Assembly: GCA_963827235.1 (NCBI GenBank)
Contig: CAWHAE010000018.1
Coordinates: 192,001-256,000 of the forward strand
Length of the DNA stretch: 64,000 nt
Direction of reading: 5' to 3'
Source of the DNA: an uncultured bacterium
GTDB lineage: Bacteria; Chloroflexota; UBA5177; JANWHV01
The notes beneath the pieces are model-generated. The model was not told where the DNA came from. It saw nothing but the letters and a program-made list of their open reading frames with translations, and did no database searches. This document shows positions 1 to 11,556 of the stretch, piece after piece. The first letter of the stretch is position 1. Each line of letters starts with the position of its first letter. Made by a program: the position numbers and the translations under genes.

Positions 1-353
1 AGATCCAGTCCGTGATCGAGAATACGCAGCGCGAAACCTCGCGCGTTGTTGAGGCAATCGAAGACGTCACGCAAGAGGTAGGTAACGTGTCCAAAGCGGT
101 GAACCTGGCAGGCGAGAATTTCGATACCATCTACCATGTAGTACAGCGCCTCGCGGACCTCAATGTATTCATCGCCGGTGCCAGCAAGCAGCAAGCTGCC
201 ATGGCCGCCCACGTCGCGGACATGATGGGCGCGTTGAACCAGATCTCGGTACAGACATCGACGCACACGGCAGCGTCCGCTGAAGACGCGGTCCGCCTGC
301 GCGAGCTGACCGAGGAGCTCAATGATTCGGTGGCAACTCTCAAGGTGAGCTAG
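1..353 (+). CDS. Methyl-accepting chemotaxis protein, C-terminal part (5' end outside window)
   Basis: Heptad coiled coil typical of an MCP methylation/signalling helix (IENTQRETSRVVEAI...ASKQQA...A.RLRELTEELNDSVATLKV); lies directly upstream of CheA. Confidence 0.85.
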   Translation, partial: IQSVIENTQRETSRVVEAIEDVTQEVGNVSKAVNLAGENFDTIYHVVQRLADLNVFIAGASKQQAAMAAHVADMMGALNQISVQTSTHTAASAEDAVRLRELTEELNDSVATLKVS

Positions 354-363
354 AGGTGGCAAT

Positions 364-843
364 ATGCACCCAGATCGGCTGGAGCACCACACCCCCGTCG
401 AGGAAGCCGTAAGCGGCCGTGCGCAGACTCTCTACCGCTTGGCGGAGAGCGCGGACTACGTAAGCCAGCGCGTTCTTCAGCTCGACGACCAGGTACGGGA
501 GGCGGAGCAAACCGTTCAGGAAATGCAAGCCCTGGTGCGCCAGCTACGTACGCTCGCCAGCAACACCACCCTTGAAGCTACACGAATGAAGATGAGCGGC
601 CCGCTGACGGAGATCGCGCGCCAGATGCGGCGCATCTCGCAACGAATGGGCGAATCGAGCGAGCACCTGACACTGACGATGCGCGCCTACACGGTGGCGA
701 CGGGGGACCTGCGGCAAGCAACCTCCACCCTGGTAGTGGACACGAAGAGCATGCTGCCCGAGATGCCGGAGAGTACGGCGCAGTCGCCGCGCTCGCGCCG
801 GCCGGCGTACGGGCCTTCCGACGTCGCGGATGAAATCGATTAG
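364..843 (+). CDS. Small soluble protein resembling an isolated, divergent MCP signalling-tip domain
   Basis: RBS GAGGTGG before ATG; QLRTLASNTTLEATR...LTEIARQMRRISQR aligns by eye with the MCP tip QTNLLALNAAIEAAR...FAVVADEVRKLAER; operonic between MCP and CheA. Confidence 0.7.
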   Translation: MHPDRLEHHTPVEEAVSGRAQTLYRLAESADYVSQRVLQLDDQVREAEQTVQEMQALVRQLRTLASNTTLEATRMKMSGPLTEIARQMRRISQRMGESSEHLTLTMRAYTVATGDLRQATSTLVVDTKSMLPEMPESTAQSPRSRRPAYGPSDVADEID

Positions 844-858
844 TGTGCGGGAGTATTC

Positions 859-3800
859 ATGACCTCCCTCGCCGACGATCTGCTCGACGTCTTCATGGAG
901 GAGGCTGCCGAGTGCCTTGAGCGCCTGCACGGAGCGCTCGAGGTGCTCGAGCGCGAGCGCTCGCATGATGCCGTCGTCGAGATCCGGCGCGACTTGCACA
1001 CGTTCAAGGGCGGCGCCCGCATGTGCGGCCTTCGCCTTGTGTCGGAGCTTGCGCATGCCGGCGAGAGCCTCGCGGCGATTTCCCTGCCCGACGGAGACGG
1101 ACTCCCACCGGCGGCCATACGACTTCTGTTCGTGGCGGAATACGAGCTGAGAGCGGCACTGCAACGCCCGGCCGAAGGCCCGGGCTCGGATGACAGCCTG
1201 ATCGCCCTCACTGAGCAGCTGCGCACCTGTGACCTGGCCGGCATTGAGGTGGCAGCGCCGGACGACCGGGCGGACTACGGTTCCTCCAACGGGACCGTGG
1301 TCGCCCTCACACAGGACGCCGGGCCGCGCGGCGATCACGCCAATGGCAACCACACGACAGGGCAGGAGCAGGAATCGGCGGACGTTGGCGCCGCGGCCGT
1401 CGAGCCGAGCGACGGCGGGGGCCAACTGTCCGAGCCCGCAGCCTCCGTACCAGGAGGGCTAGCCGCGCAGCTCCTCGAAGTCTTCGTCGAGGAAGCCGGC
1501 GAAATGCTCGACATGCTGCACGCCTGCCTCGAGTCGCTCGAGCAACGCCCGGACGAGGCTGCCATGGCTGAAGCGCGCCGCGCGGTGCACACAATCAAAG
1601 GCGGCGCCCGCATGTGTGGCAAGGGCGCCATTGCCGACCTCGCCCACGCCTGTGAGGACGTGATAGGGCGCCCGGCGCCGGGCAATTCCCAGCCCCCTAC
1701 CGGCACCCTGCCGCTGCTGTTCGAGGCAGAGCAGGGAATGCGCGAGGCGCTTGCCGGGCAGGCCGCCGGCGCGGACGGCCGAGTAAGCAGTGTGATCGAC
1801 AAGCTGCGCGGCGCGGCCGCCGCGAGGACGTCTGCTGTACCCGGTGCCGCCGGGGCGCCTCCGGCGCCTGCTCCCGCCGGCCCAGCGCCATCTCCCGTCG
1901 AAACCCGCGACGAGGTCGAGATACCGCGCGACCTGATCGCCGCCGGTGAGCCGGATTTGCCGGCAGATGCCGGCCTGGAGGAGGCAGAGGACCCTGCCGC
2001 CGGCACGGAGGGAACCGAACCCTCGGAAGAGGGTCCGCGGCCTGTCTCGCTCCACAAGCCGCAGCTGCTGGCGCGCCCGGCGATACCGCCTTCGCACAAC
2101 CAGAGCAATCGGGTTGCCGTCGACCTGGAGAAGGTCGAGGCGCTGGTAGCCAAGGTCACCGAGATCGTGGCCAACCGCACGGCCTCCCACGGCCTGGTCG
2201 AGACGTTGGCCAACACAGTGAACGAGATGGCCCGGGCAGCCCACCGCCTGCAGGCGATAGCGATCGGGCTGCAATTCCAGATCAGCTCGCATGGCTACGA
2301 CACGCTTCCCGAACAGGACGCCGATGGGCTGGACCTGGAGGCCTATGGCCCGATCCGGCAGCTACTGCTCCAGCTGCAGGAGGCGGCAGCGGATCAGCAG
2401 GCTCTCGTGCAGGGCGTGAATGACGTCGTGGCACGCAAGCGCGCCCTGGCCGCAATCGAGACCAGGCTCGACACCGAGCTGCAGAGCGCACTGCTGAACA
2501 TGCGGTTGCTGCCGCTCAGCCAGTTGCGTGTGCGTCTCGACCAGGTCGTGCGCACCTCGGCAGCAGCGGCGCATCGTGAGGTCCGCTGGACGATGGAGGG
2601 CCACGACGTGGCCCTGGACAAGTACGTGTGCGATCGGCTGTTCGAGCCTCTCATGCATTTGCTGCGCAACTGCGTCGATCACGGTATCGAGCCGCCGGGC
2701 GAGCGGGAGGCGGCCGGCAAGCCGCGCGTCGGACGAATTACGGTGCGGGCATCCGTGGAAGGCAACCAGGCCGTGGTCGTCGTGAGCGACGATGGCAAAG
2801 GCATCGATCCCGAGAAGGTCGCGCAGGTCGCCGTCGCCCGCGGCCTGATCGACGCCGAGCGCGCGGCCTCGCTTTCCACGCGGGAGAAGATGGAGCTGGT
2901 GTTCCGGCCGGGATTCAGCACGGCCAAAGAGGTAACGGAGCTCAGCGGGCGCGGCATGGGCATGGAGATCGTGCGCGAGGCGTGCACGCGCATGGGCGGC
3001 ACGGTGTCGATCGGCAGGCGAGAGAGTGGCGGCACAATCGTGGTGCTGCAGGTGCCGCTCAGCATGGCGGTCGTGCACTGCATCGTCGTACGTGATGCCG
3101 GCCGGCACATGGCGATCCCTGCTACCCAGGTGGCTTTCGTGCAGTTGGTGCCGCCGATGGCAATCAGCAAACGCCACCAGGATGGCTACCACGTGCGCGT
3201 AGGCACGTCGATGCTTCGACTCTTCTTCCTTCCGCCGAACCACACAGCGGGCGGCTCGCCGACCCACGAGTTCGAGGAGCGGACGATTCTCGTGGTGCCC
3301 TACCGGGGAGAACGAGTCGCGCTGGCGGTCGACGAGATTGTCGAGGAAGAGGACCAGATCGTCAAGCCCCTGCCGCACCTGCTCCAATCCGTCGACCGCT
3401 TGCTTGGCGCCGTCATCCTGGGGGATGGCACGCCGGTGCCCGTATTGAACTTGGTGCCCCTGCTGGACCTGCTCGACCGGTCGGAGCCGGGGCCGATAGA
3501 CGCCAAGGCCGGGTCGGCCGGGGAGATGGTCGTCCTCGTGGTAGACGACAGCCTTACCATGCGGCTCGCTCTGAGCCGAACGCTCGAGCATGCCGGATTC
3601 ACCGTGGAAACGGCCCGTGACGGGCAGGACGCACTCGAGCATGTGCGGGCACACGGCCTGCCGCACCTGGTTACTCTGGACATCGAGATGCCGCGCATGG
3701 ATGGACTCGAAACCCTGTATGCCATACGGCATCTGCCCGGCGGAGAACGTGTCCCCATCTTCATGCTTTCCTCGCGCTCGGGAAGGAAGCACCTGCGCAC

Positions 3801-3903
3801 CGCGGAGAAGATGGGTGCCACGCGATACTTCACCAAGCCGTACCACGACACGGAGTTCGTTGCCGCCGTACGTGAGGCTACCGGCATGGCAGCCGTACGC
3901 TGA
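859..3903 (+). CDS. cheA: Hybrid chemotaxis histidine kinase CheA-CheY (ChpA-like): 2 Hpt + HATPase + CheW + REC
   Basis: Two Hpt motifs (LHTFKGGAR, VHTIKGGAR); HLLRNCVDHGIE, DDGKGID and GFST...SGRGMGM boxes; CheW-like domain; C-terminal receiver (VVDDS, LDIEMP, FTKP). Confidence 0.95.
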   Translation: MTSLADDLLDVFMEEAAECLERLHGALEVLERERSHDAVVEIRRDLHTFKGGARMCGLRLVSELAHAGESLAAISLPDGDGLPPAAIRLLFVAEYELRAALQRPAEGPGSDDSLIALTEQLRTCDLAGIEVAAPDDRADYGSSNGTVVALTQDAGPRGDHANGNHTTGQEQESADVGAAAVEPSDGGGQLSEPAASVPGGLAAQLLEVFVEEAGEMLDMLHACLESLEQRPDEAAMAEARRAVHTIKGGARMCGKGAIADLAHACEDVIGRPAPGNSQPPTGTLPLLFEAEQGMREALAGQAAGADGRVSSVIDKLRGAAAARTSAVPGAAGAPPAPAPAGPAPSPVETRDEVEIPRDLIAAGEPDLPADAGLEEAEDPAAGTEGTEPSEEGPRPVSLHKPQLLARPAIPPSHNQSNRVAVDLEKVEALVAKVTEIVANRTASHGLVETLANTVNEMARAAHRLQAIAIGLQFQISSHGYDTLPEQDADGLDLEAYGPIRQLLLQLQEAAADQQALVQGVNDVVARKRALAAIETRLDTELQSALLNMRLLPLSQLRVRLDQVVRTSAAAAHREVRWTMEGHDVALDKYVCDRLFEPLMHLLRNCVDHGIEPPGEREAAGKPRVGRITVRASVEGNQAVVVVSDDGKGIDPEKVAQVAVARGLIDAERAASLSTREKMELVFRPGFSTAKEVTELSGRGMGMEIVREACTRMGGTVSIGRRESGGTIVVLQVPLSMAVVHCIVVRDAGRHMAIPATQVAFVQLVPPMAISKRHQDGYHVRVGTSMLRLFFLPPNHTAGGSPTHEFEERTILVVPYRGERVALAVDEIVEEEDQIVKPLPHLLQSVDRLLGAVILGDGTPVPVLNLVPLLDLLDRSEPGPIDAKAGSAGEMVVLVVDDSLTMRLALSRTLEHAGFTVETARDGQDALEHVRAHGLPHLVTLDIEMPRMDGLETLYAIRHLPGGERVPIFMLSSRSGRKHLRTAEKMGATRYFTKPYHDTEFVAAVREATGMAAVR

Positions 3904-4112
3904 TGCGCGGCACGCTGAAGCCCGCGGCAGGCGGCATCCGGGACCAGTCGTGGCCGCGAGCCGGCAACGGCATGGTGACCACTCTCATAACCCCAACCCT
4001 TGGCTATGTCAGGTACCATATCGTTCGATCGGCATAGCTCTATGCGCGCTTACCAGCCGGCCCAAGCAGGGCTGATCGGTCCCACGCTATCCCCTTCCAC
4101 TCGAGGAGCAGC

Positions 4113-7100
4113 ATGAATCCGGATAGTGAACTGAGGGCACAGCCGCTCAACCCAGATCAGCGCCCGCTCAACGACGATCGAGTGTCCGAGGATCGTGGCG
4201 TGGCCGGCGTGCCGCGGCCCGACGGCGAGACCGCCCCCGGTTCGGCGGAGGTCGCGGGTGCCGCGGCAGCGCGGCGCGCACGGTCGGCCGCGCGCCGTTC
4301 CTCGATTGTCGGAAGCCTGATTCTGGCCGCCATACTGGTCGTTGCCCTGTGGCTGCGCGTCTTCGGGCCGACTGGACACTCGTTCGACTGGGGCAATGGG
4401 CAGTTCCAGCACCCTGACGAGTGGTTCGTGGGCGGAACGCTGGTAACCAGTATCCAGTATCCCAAGGGCCCGCTCGACTTCTTCAACAGCAACAGCGGCT
4501 GGAACCCGGCGGTGGCCGCCGCGGCCGGCAGCGCGCCCGTCAACGGGCACCCGGCGCACAGTGATGCTGGTTTCAACTACGGTTCGCTCCCGATCTACCT
4601 GATCAAGATCTTCGGCTCGATCCTGATCTGGCTCGCAGGCCGCTGGTCAGTCTTCGGCGTCTGGCAGAACTCCGATCCGATCTTGTACGGGCGGGTGCTG
4701 TCCGGCTTCGCCGACACCATCACAGTGTTGTTGGTCTACCTTCTGGGCAGGCGGTTGGGTGGCGTGCGCACGGGCATTCTGGCGGCGACGTTCGCCTGCT
4801 TCTCGGTGCTCTCCATCCAGCTGGCGCACTTCTCCACCGTCGACAGCTTCCTGGGCATGTTTGCTACCGGCACGTTGCTCGCCAGCGTGACCCTGGTGCA
4901 GGAGGGGCGCCGGCGCGATTACGTGCTGGCCGCCGTCTGGCTGGGAGCCGCCTTGGCAACCAAGGCGTCCGGCGTGACCCTGGTCGCCACGGTGGCAGTT
5001 GCCATACTCTGGCAGGCGATTCGCGTCAGCCCGATCCTGACCGAGGCCCGAAAGACGTCATCGGCACCGCCGGCTCTCCTCAAGACCATGGTGAGGAAGC
5101 GGCCCCAGGAGACGCTCACCCTGCTGCTGTGGGACTACGTGGTGTGCCGGCTCATGCCGGTCGGAATCATGACCGTCGTCGCTCTGTTCATCTTCCAGCC
5201 GTACACGTTCAGCGACTTTTCGGATTTCAAGTCAGGCGTGCTCTACCAGAACGATCTCGTGAGCGGCAACGTGATCGTCTTCTACACCATCAAGTGGCAT
5301 GGGCTGCCGGCCTTGATCTATCCCTTCGAGCAGCTCACCTTCTACTCGCTCGGCCTGCCCTTGGCGCTCCTCGCCTACACCGGGCTGTTCTACGTCTGTA
5401 TCAAGGCGCTGACCCCCAGGCTGGACGAGGCGGCGCTGGTCGCCTTTTTCGTGATCACCTACTTTGTCGCCGCCGGCGTGCTCTACATGAAGTATCTGCG
5501 CTACATGGAGCCGATCGTCCCCGCTCTCTGCGTGCTGGCTGCGATCCCGGTAGCCGCGCTGATCGGCAGCAGGCGGCGCTGGATCGGGCGCGCCTGTCGC
5601 TGGACCGGGTACGTGTTCGGTGGAATCGTGCTGCTGCTCACCATGTGCTACGCGCTTGCCTATCAGCACATCTATGCTGAGCCGCTCACCTACACGCAAG
5701 CGTCGCAGTGGATCTATGCCCACCTGCCGGCCGGCACGCGGATCTCGGAGAACTCCCTGGACAACAGCCTGCCGCTCGGGCTGAGCACGCAGCTGGATCC
5801 GAGCATCTATCGCTGGGCAGGCACGACCACATTGCTGGCGTCCGACAATGGCGACGACTTCCCTACCTACAACGACGACAACCTGGCCAAGGTGCAAACC
5901 ATGGCCCTCTTGCTCTCGCACTCGCAGTACTACTTCGAAAACGGCCGGCGTGCCATCGAGAGCTTCGAGAACTACGGCAGCAAGTACCCCTACATGCAGC
6001 GCTTCTATACATTGCTGCTCGGCAGCAAGCTGAACGTGCAGGACCCTCTGGGCTACACCATGGTGGCTCGGTTCGTCGAGCACCCCCGGCTCGGTCCGTG
6101 GACCGACACGGAGCAAGGTGTGAACCAGAACTTCGACGAATACGATCATCCGCAGATCGAGATCTTCCAGAACACGGGCAACCTGACGGCCGACCGGCTC
6201 ATCACCGTCCTCACCGATAACGGCCGTATTCTGGATCCGTCGCTTACCGGGCCGGGCTCTATGGTGACGAAGCTGCCCAAGTCGCTCATGCTGTCGGCCA
6301 AGGACATCAAGACGAATCAGAAGAGCCCCACTTACGGCGACATGTTCCCGGCGGGCGCGCTGCCGATGCGCTTCCCGGCACCGGTCTGGTGGCTGATGAT
6401 CGAGGCGCTGGGGCTGCTGGCACTGCCAATCAGCATGCGTCTGTTCGGCAGACTGGGCGATTGCGGCTTCGTTATCTCCAAGACCGTGGGCATACTGCTC
6501 CTGGCCTGGTTTGCCTGGATACTGGCCAGCCTGCGCATCGCCGAGTACAGCCGCCAGGAAATCGCGCTCTGCCTGCTGCCCATAGCGGTCATCTCGCTGG
6601 CCTGGGGACCCCGCCTGTCCGACATCCCGCGTATTCTGCGCCCGCGTTGGCGTGCAATCGCCCTGACCGAGGGTGTGTTCATTCTCGGCTTCCTCGGATT
6701 CCTGTGGATACGCGCCGTCTACCCGGACATGTGGCACAACTTCGACGGCGGCGAGAAGACTATGGACTTCTCGTTCCTCAATGCCATCGTGCGCAGCCGC
6801 GTGATGCCGCCGCTCGACCCCTGGTTCAGCGGCGGTTATCTCAACTACTACTACTACGGGCACTTTACAGTCGCCACGCTGCTCAAGCTGGCCGGTATCA
6901 CGCCGGCCGTCGCGATCAACCTTGCCCTTCCCACCTACTACGCGCTGACGCTCGCCACTTCCGTATCCATTGCCTACGGCCTCATACGCCGGATCCCGTT
7001 CGCCCTGCTCGCCGGCGCCTTCAGCATGTTGCTCGGCAATCTCTACGGCGCTCAGAAGCTGATCATGGATCTGCAGGACGCCAGCACCGTGCAGAACCAG

Positions 7101-9262
7101 ATGCATCCCGTCGTATCGGCCGGCATCGACATACCGATTCTGGGCTCCGTGATCGACGGCCTGTCGTGGCTGTACTCGTTCATTGGAGGCGTGATCTGGG
7201 GAGCGATCGCGGCCGTTCAGGGTCTGTTCAGGGTGGTGTTGCATCAGTCCTCGATGCCCTCGTATCCGTTCCGAAGCTGGGCCTGGGACGGCTCGCGTGC
7301 CCTCGACAACCACTCGATCATCACCGAGTTCCCCTTCTGGACCTTCCTCTACGGCGACCCGCACGCGCACCTCTGGGACATGCCGTTCGCGCTCTGTATC
7401 GTCGCCGTGGCGTTCAACTTCGCGCACGGCGCCGTCGGCAAGCTCGCCGGAGCCGCGGAGCACCGATCCGCCGGGATCGAGGTCGAGCAGTCCCGGCCCT
7501 TGCTACCTGGACTCCAGGTCGTTGTCTGGCCGGTGATCGGCGTGCTGCTGGGCGCCATCGGGCCCACCAATCCCTGGGATCTGGCAGCCATGCTGGGGAT
7601 CGTCGCCATCGTGGTCTTTGCACGTGCCTTCTGGCTCGGCCGCGGTTGGTTGCGCGCTGCCTGGAGCCTTATCTGGCAGGTCGGAGTGCTGGCCATCTTT
7701 GCCTTTGGCTTCTATTGGCCGTTCTACAGCCATTTCCAGTCGTTCTATTCGCACATCGGCTGGACGATACTGCGCCACCAGTCGCCGCTCAACGACTTTC
7801 TCTCGCACTGGGGGCTGCCGCTCTACATCCTGCTCGCCTATCTGCTCCACGGCGTGTACGCGGATACCCACCTGGGCCTGTGGCTGCGCACGCACACGCG
7901 TGGCGCTCTATTTACCATGTACTACTGGGAGCGGCGGGACATTCTTCCACGCTACTTCGCCATGGTGCACAGACCCGAGCCTGCCCCCCGGCCTGGCGCC
8001 CATGCCGGTACCGCCGGCTGGACACGCTCGTGATCGCCGTGTGCGGCCTCGCCGTGGCGCTCGTCGCCGCGGTGCTTCATCTCCTTGCATTCGCGGGCCT
8101 CGCGCTGTTGGTGGTCGTGCTCCTGATCTTTACCGGCCCGCTGCTCACCGTCACGTTCACCGGCGGAGGCGCCGCCCTGGTCTTCTTCTTCATCAGCTAC
8201 GGCGTACTGGCTCTGCTGTCGTTCATGGCTGGACTGGCCGTGCTCCTGCTGATCGACCGGCGGGAGCGGCAGGAGCCGGCACTGATGTTCTTCCACGTGC
8301 TGATCATCATGGGGCTGGTCGTAGCAGCCGCGGGTGAGATTGTCTACGTGCGCGACTTCTACGACGGTGATCCCATCCTGTTCCGCAGCAACACCGTGTT
8401 CAAGCTCTACGAGGACGCCTGGCTTCTGCTCAACACGAGCGCGGCCGTCGCGCTTGCCCGACTGCTCCTGCCGTTCCTGCCACGGGGCGCCTTGACCAAG
8501 GAAGTACGCGGCGTGCAGGTCGTCGAGCTCTTCGGCTCGCTGGCTGTACCGCGCGGCAGACATCGCGATCGCGACGCGCGCCGCCTGGGATCCGGTGCCT
8601 GGCTGTGGCTGGGCGGCCTCGTTCTGCTGGTCGTCGGTGCGGCCATCTACCCGATGCGCATGACTCCGGAGCGGCTCGATCAGCGTTCCACTGCCTGGCC
8701 GGCCCTGGCCTCGGCGCGCATCGGGCTGACCCTCGACGGCATGAAGTTCCTGCAGTATGCCTACCCGGACGACTACGCCGCCATCCAGTGGATCGACAAC
8801 ACCATCCCTGGCTCGCCGGTCATGCTGACCAGCCGCTACGGCAACTACGGGAACTTCTCGGCCAGGGTGGGCATGTTCACAGGGCTGCCCACCGTCGTCG
8901 ACTGGGGCTTCGAAGCCGCTCAGCAACGGTATAACGGCCAGACGGCTGACAACGGCCAGATCTATCCCAATCAGGTCGCGGACCGCGAGTCCAATGTCGA
9001 CCTGATCTACAGCACGACCGACACGGCTACCGCGATGAGCCTGCTGCGCTACTACGGCGTGTCGTACGTCTACGTCGGCGTGCAAGAGCGTGGCGATCCG
9101 TTCCTGGGCCCGGCCAGCGACACGACCCAGTTCCACGGCTACCCGGCGGCCGGGCTCGCCAAGTTCGACCAGATGGTGGCCGATCACCTGCTGTCGTTGG
9201 CCTACCGGCACGGGACGCCGGGCAGCGCGCACGAGGTTAAGATCTACAAGGTTCTGGGTTGA
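4113..9262 (+). CDS. Large membrane GT-C glycosyltransferase: PMT_2/GT39-like module fused to DUF2298 (Chlor_Arch_YYY); split by frameshift(s) at ~7970-8030
   Basis: ORF 4113-8033 has HPDE, YGSLP, GGEKTMD, DPWFSGGYLNYYYYG, ITEFPFWTFLYGDPHAH; another frame from ~8020 to 9262 continues with RSNTVFKLY, FTGLPTVVDW, YVYVG..ER; GGAG RBS at start. Confidence 0.85.
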
Positions 9263-9382
9263 GCGCGGCCCGCGGCTGCAGGCCGTGCGACAAACGCATG
9301 TTTCCTGGATGAGATCGGCTACGACGGTCGCCACGTCCCATCCCTCACCCCGCAGTCGCGGCCAGGTTCGCCGTGAGGACGA

Positions 9383-10702
9383 ATGATTGTTGGCATGATG
9401 CCGCCGGAACAGAACGAGCTGGGCGCGCGGCGACCCGGCCGGGAAGACGCCGGACAAGAGACGAGCCCGCCCGGAGAGCGTCCCAGGCGCGGTCTAATCT
9501 ACCTGGCGCTGGCAATGGTGCTCGCCGGCTTTTTGGTGGGCACGATGATCTGGCCGGGCCCCGTATCGACGGCTGCCCCGCCCTGCGACGGCGGGACAGC
9601 GATCTATCGCCTATCTGTCGAGCGCGATCCCCAGGGCGGCAGTCACCTGCTGGCAGTGGTGGGACCGGCGAGCGGGCTCAATGCCGTCGTGGGCGATGCC
9701 CCTGGCTGCCAGGCTCTCTACCAGAGCGATGACGGCGGCGCGACCTGGGCGGCAGTGTTCAGCCATACGTCCGAAGGGCCGGTCGCGGTCGAAGGCGACG
9801 CGAGCGGACATGTCTACGTGTTCGCGACAACGATCCGCTTTCCGCTCTACGTGGCGGGGAACCTCTACCGCGACGACGACCTGCGCTATCCCTGGATCTG
9901 GCAGCGCGTCAGCCCGCAACAGCGCAACGCTATCCCCAGCGCCGCGATTACCGGCATTGCACTGGCGCCCGACGGCGCGCTGCTGGCACTCGTCGCGAGC
10001 GGCGACGGCGGCGCCCTCATACGCTCGGCCGACCTCGGGCAGTCCTGGCAGCCCATCGTCGTGCCGCGCATGCTCTCCGTGTCCGGCATGGCCGTCCTGG
10101 GCAGCACCATTGGCGTGACGCCCGGGTCGTACGCGCCCGGCCTATCGCCCGGACGGACTAGCCTCGACGGCGGCAGGACCTGGTCGGACATGGGCCTCCT
10201 TCACGAAGCCCCTCACCGTACGGGTCTGGTGCCCGTGCTTACCGCCGAGGCCGGAGAGGGCGCGCTCGTCCTCGACCTGATGACCGGTCCCGTCGCGAGT
10301 GGCGGCGTCACAGTAGCCCGCTTCGTCTCGCGCGACGGGGGCAGGAGCTGGAATCCGGACCGCTGCACGGCTCTGCCTACCGCCGGCTGCGCGGCAGTCG
10401 ACCTCTGGAGCGGCAACGCGCGCGTCGGTTACGTACTGTATCGACGGCAACTGTTCCAGAATCAGGCCGATCGAGGTTGGCATCCCGTGACCACGGCGCT
10501 GCCCGTCGCCGCCGGCTCCATCGAACAGGTGGTCGCCGGGGCGCGAGGGCAGGGCGACGCGCCGTACCTGGTCACTCGCGCCGCCGTCTGGCGCCTCGAC
10601 GAGCGAGGAGCCTGGGTCTCGATCACGAAAAGCCTTCCGCTGCTGGCGCCTGCCTCGCCGGCCTACACGAGCCTTCCTCCGGGCTGGCCCGCGGCCACGT
10701 AG
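9383..10702 (+). CDS. Membrane-anchored BNR/Asp-box beta-propeller protein
   Basis: N-terminal hydrophobic helix; Asp-boxes SDDGGATW, SADLGQSW, SLDGGRTW, SRDGGRSW; GAGG RBS. Confidence 0.75.
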   Translation: MIVGMMPPEQNELGARRPGREDAGQETSPPGERPRRGLIYLALAMVLAGFLVGTMIWPGPVSTAAPPCDGGTAIYRLSVERDPQGGSHLLAVVGPASGLNAVVGDAPGCQALYQSDDGGATWAAVFSHTSEGPVAVEGDASGHVYVFATTIRFPLYVAGNLYRDDDLRYPWIWQRVSPQQRNAIPSAAITGIALAPDGALLALVASGDGGALIRSADLGQSWQPIVVPRMLSVSGMAVLGSTIGVTPGSYAPGLSPGRTSLDGGRTWSDMGLLHEAPHRTGLVPVLTAEAGEGALVLDLMTGPVASGGVTVARFVSRDGGRSWNPDRCTALPTAGCAAVDLWSGNARVGYVLYRRQLFQNQADRGWHPVTTALPVAAGSIEQVVAGARGQGDAPYLVTRAAVWRLDERGAWVSITKSLPLLAPASPAYTSLPPGWPAAT

Positions 10703-11217
10703 CGGAAGAAGGCCGCGATCTCAAGCGCGTGATCGAGCGTGCCGTCGCCGATCATGCGGCCCACGTCGGCCGGCGGCACTAGCCGCACTTCTATGTCCTC
10801 GCCGGCATCCAGCATCTGCTCGCCGGTCTTCCGGCAGTCCAGCGCTAGGAAGTGGTGGCACACGTTGTTCTGGTAGGCCGGGTTCGGATGCACCGAGCCC
10901 AGCTTTCTCCACTCCTGCGACACGTAGCCCGTCTCTTCGGCAAGCTCGCGCTGCATGGCCGCCAGCGGCTCTTCGCCCGGTTCGACCATGCCGGCCGGGA
11001 TCTCCAGCGTATAGCGATCCACGCCGTGCCGGTATTGCCAGACCATCACCATCCGGCCGTCGGCGGTGATTGCCACCACGTTCACCCAGTCGGGCGCCTC
11101 CAGCGTGACGTAGCGGCCGGCCACGCCCGTGCGCGGCGAGACCGCCGTGTGCCGCCGAATCTTGAATATCCTGAAATCCTGGACCTCGTCGTCGTAGCGG
11201 CGCTCCCAGGCTGTCAT
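10663..11217 (-). CDS. NUDIX hydrolase (ADP-ribose pyrophosphatase-like)
   Basis: Nudix box GMVEPGEEPLAAMQRELAEETGY; QYRH and LEIPAG motifs; GGGAGG RBS. Confidence 0.92.
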   Translation of the reverse strand: MTAWERRYDDEVQDFRIFKIRRHTAVSPRTGVAGRYVTLEAPDWVNVVAITADGRMVMVWQYRHGVDRYTLEIPAGMVEPGEEPLAAMQRELAEETGYVSQEWRKLGSVHPNPAYQNNVCHHFLALDCRKTGEQMLDAGEDIEVRLVPPADVGRMIGDGTLDHALEIAAFFRYVAAGQPGGRLV

Positions 11218-11556
11218 GTCCCCTCCCGTGCCCGGCGGGCACCCGACTGTGCCGCTATAACCTGGGCTCGCATTCAGGATGCCCTGGCCGCGTCGTCGGC
11301 GGCAACGTCACAGGCTAGCCGGCGCGGCATCGACTCCGGCGAAAGGGCGATGGCAAGCTCCGTGGACCCGCTGGAGTGCGGGAGCAGCGAAGCCGCCGAC
11401 CTCCCGGCCCCGGTGCGACTTCGGGGCAGATTCCGCGAATCGAATGCCGCCGGCAAAATACGCCCTTCAAAACTGGACGAAGTTGCCGATTAGGATGTAT
11501 AGACGCGGAGCCATTCACACGGGGAGGCGGTTGCTGAGCATGGTGGGAGCCCTGCG

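Noticed and set aside
6389-8016. N-terminal part of the 957-aa ORF 6389-9262
   Set aside because: Arg/Pro-rich off-frame shadow of the DUF2298 gene; real coding in this frame starts ~8020
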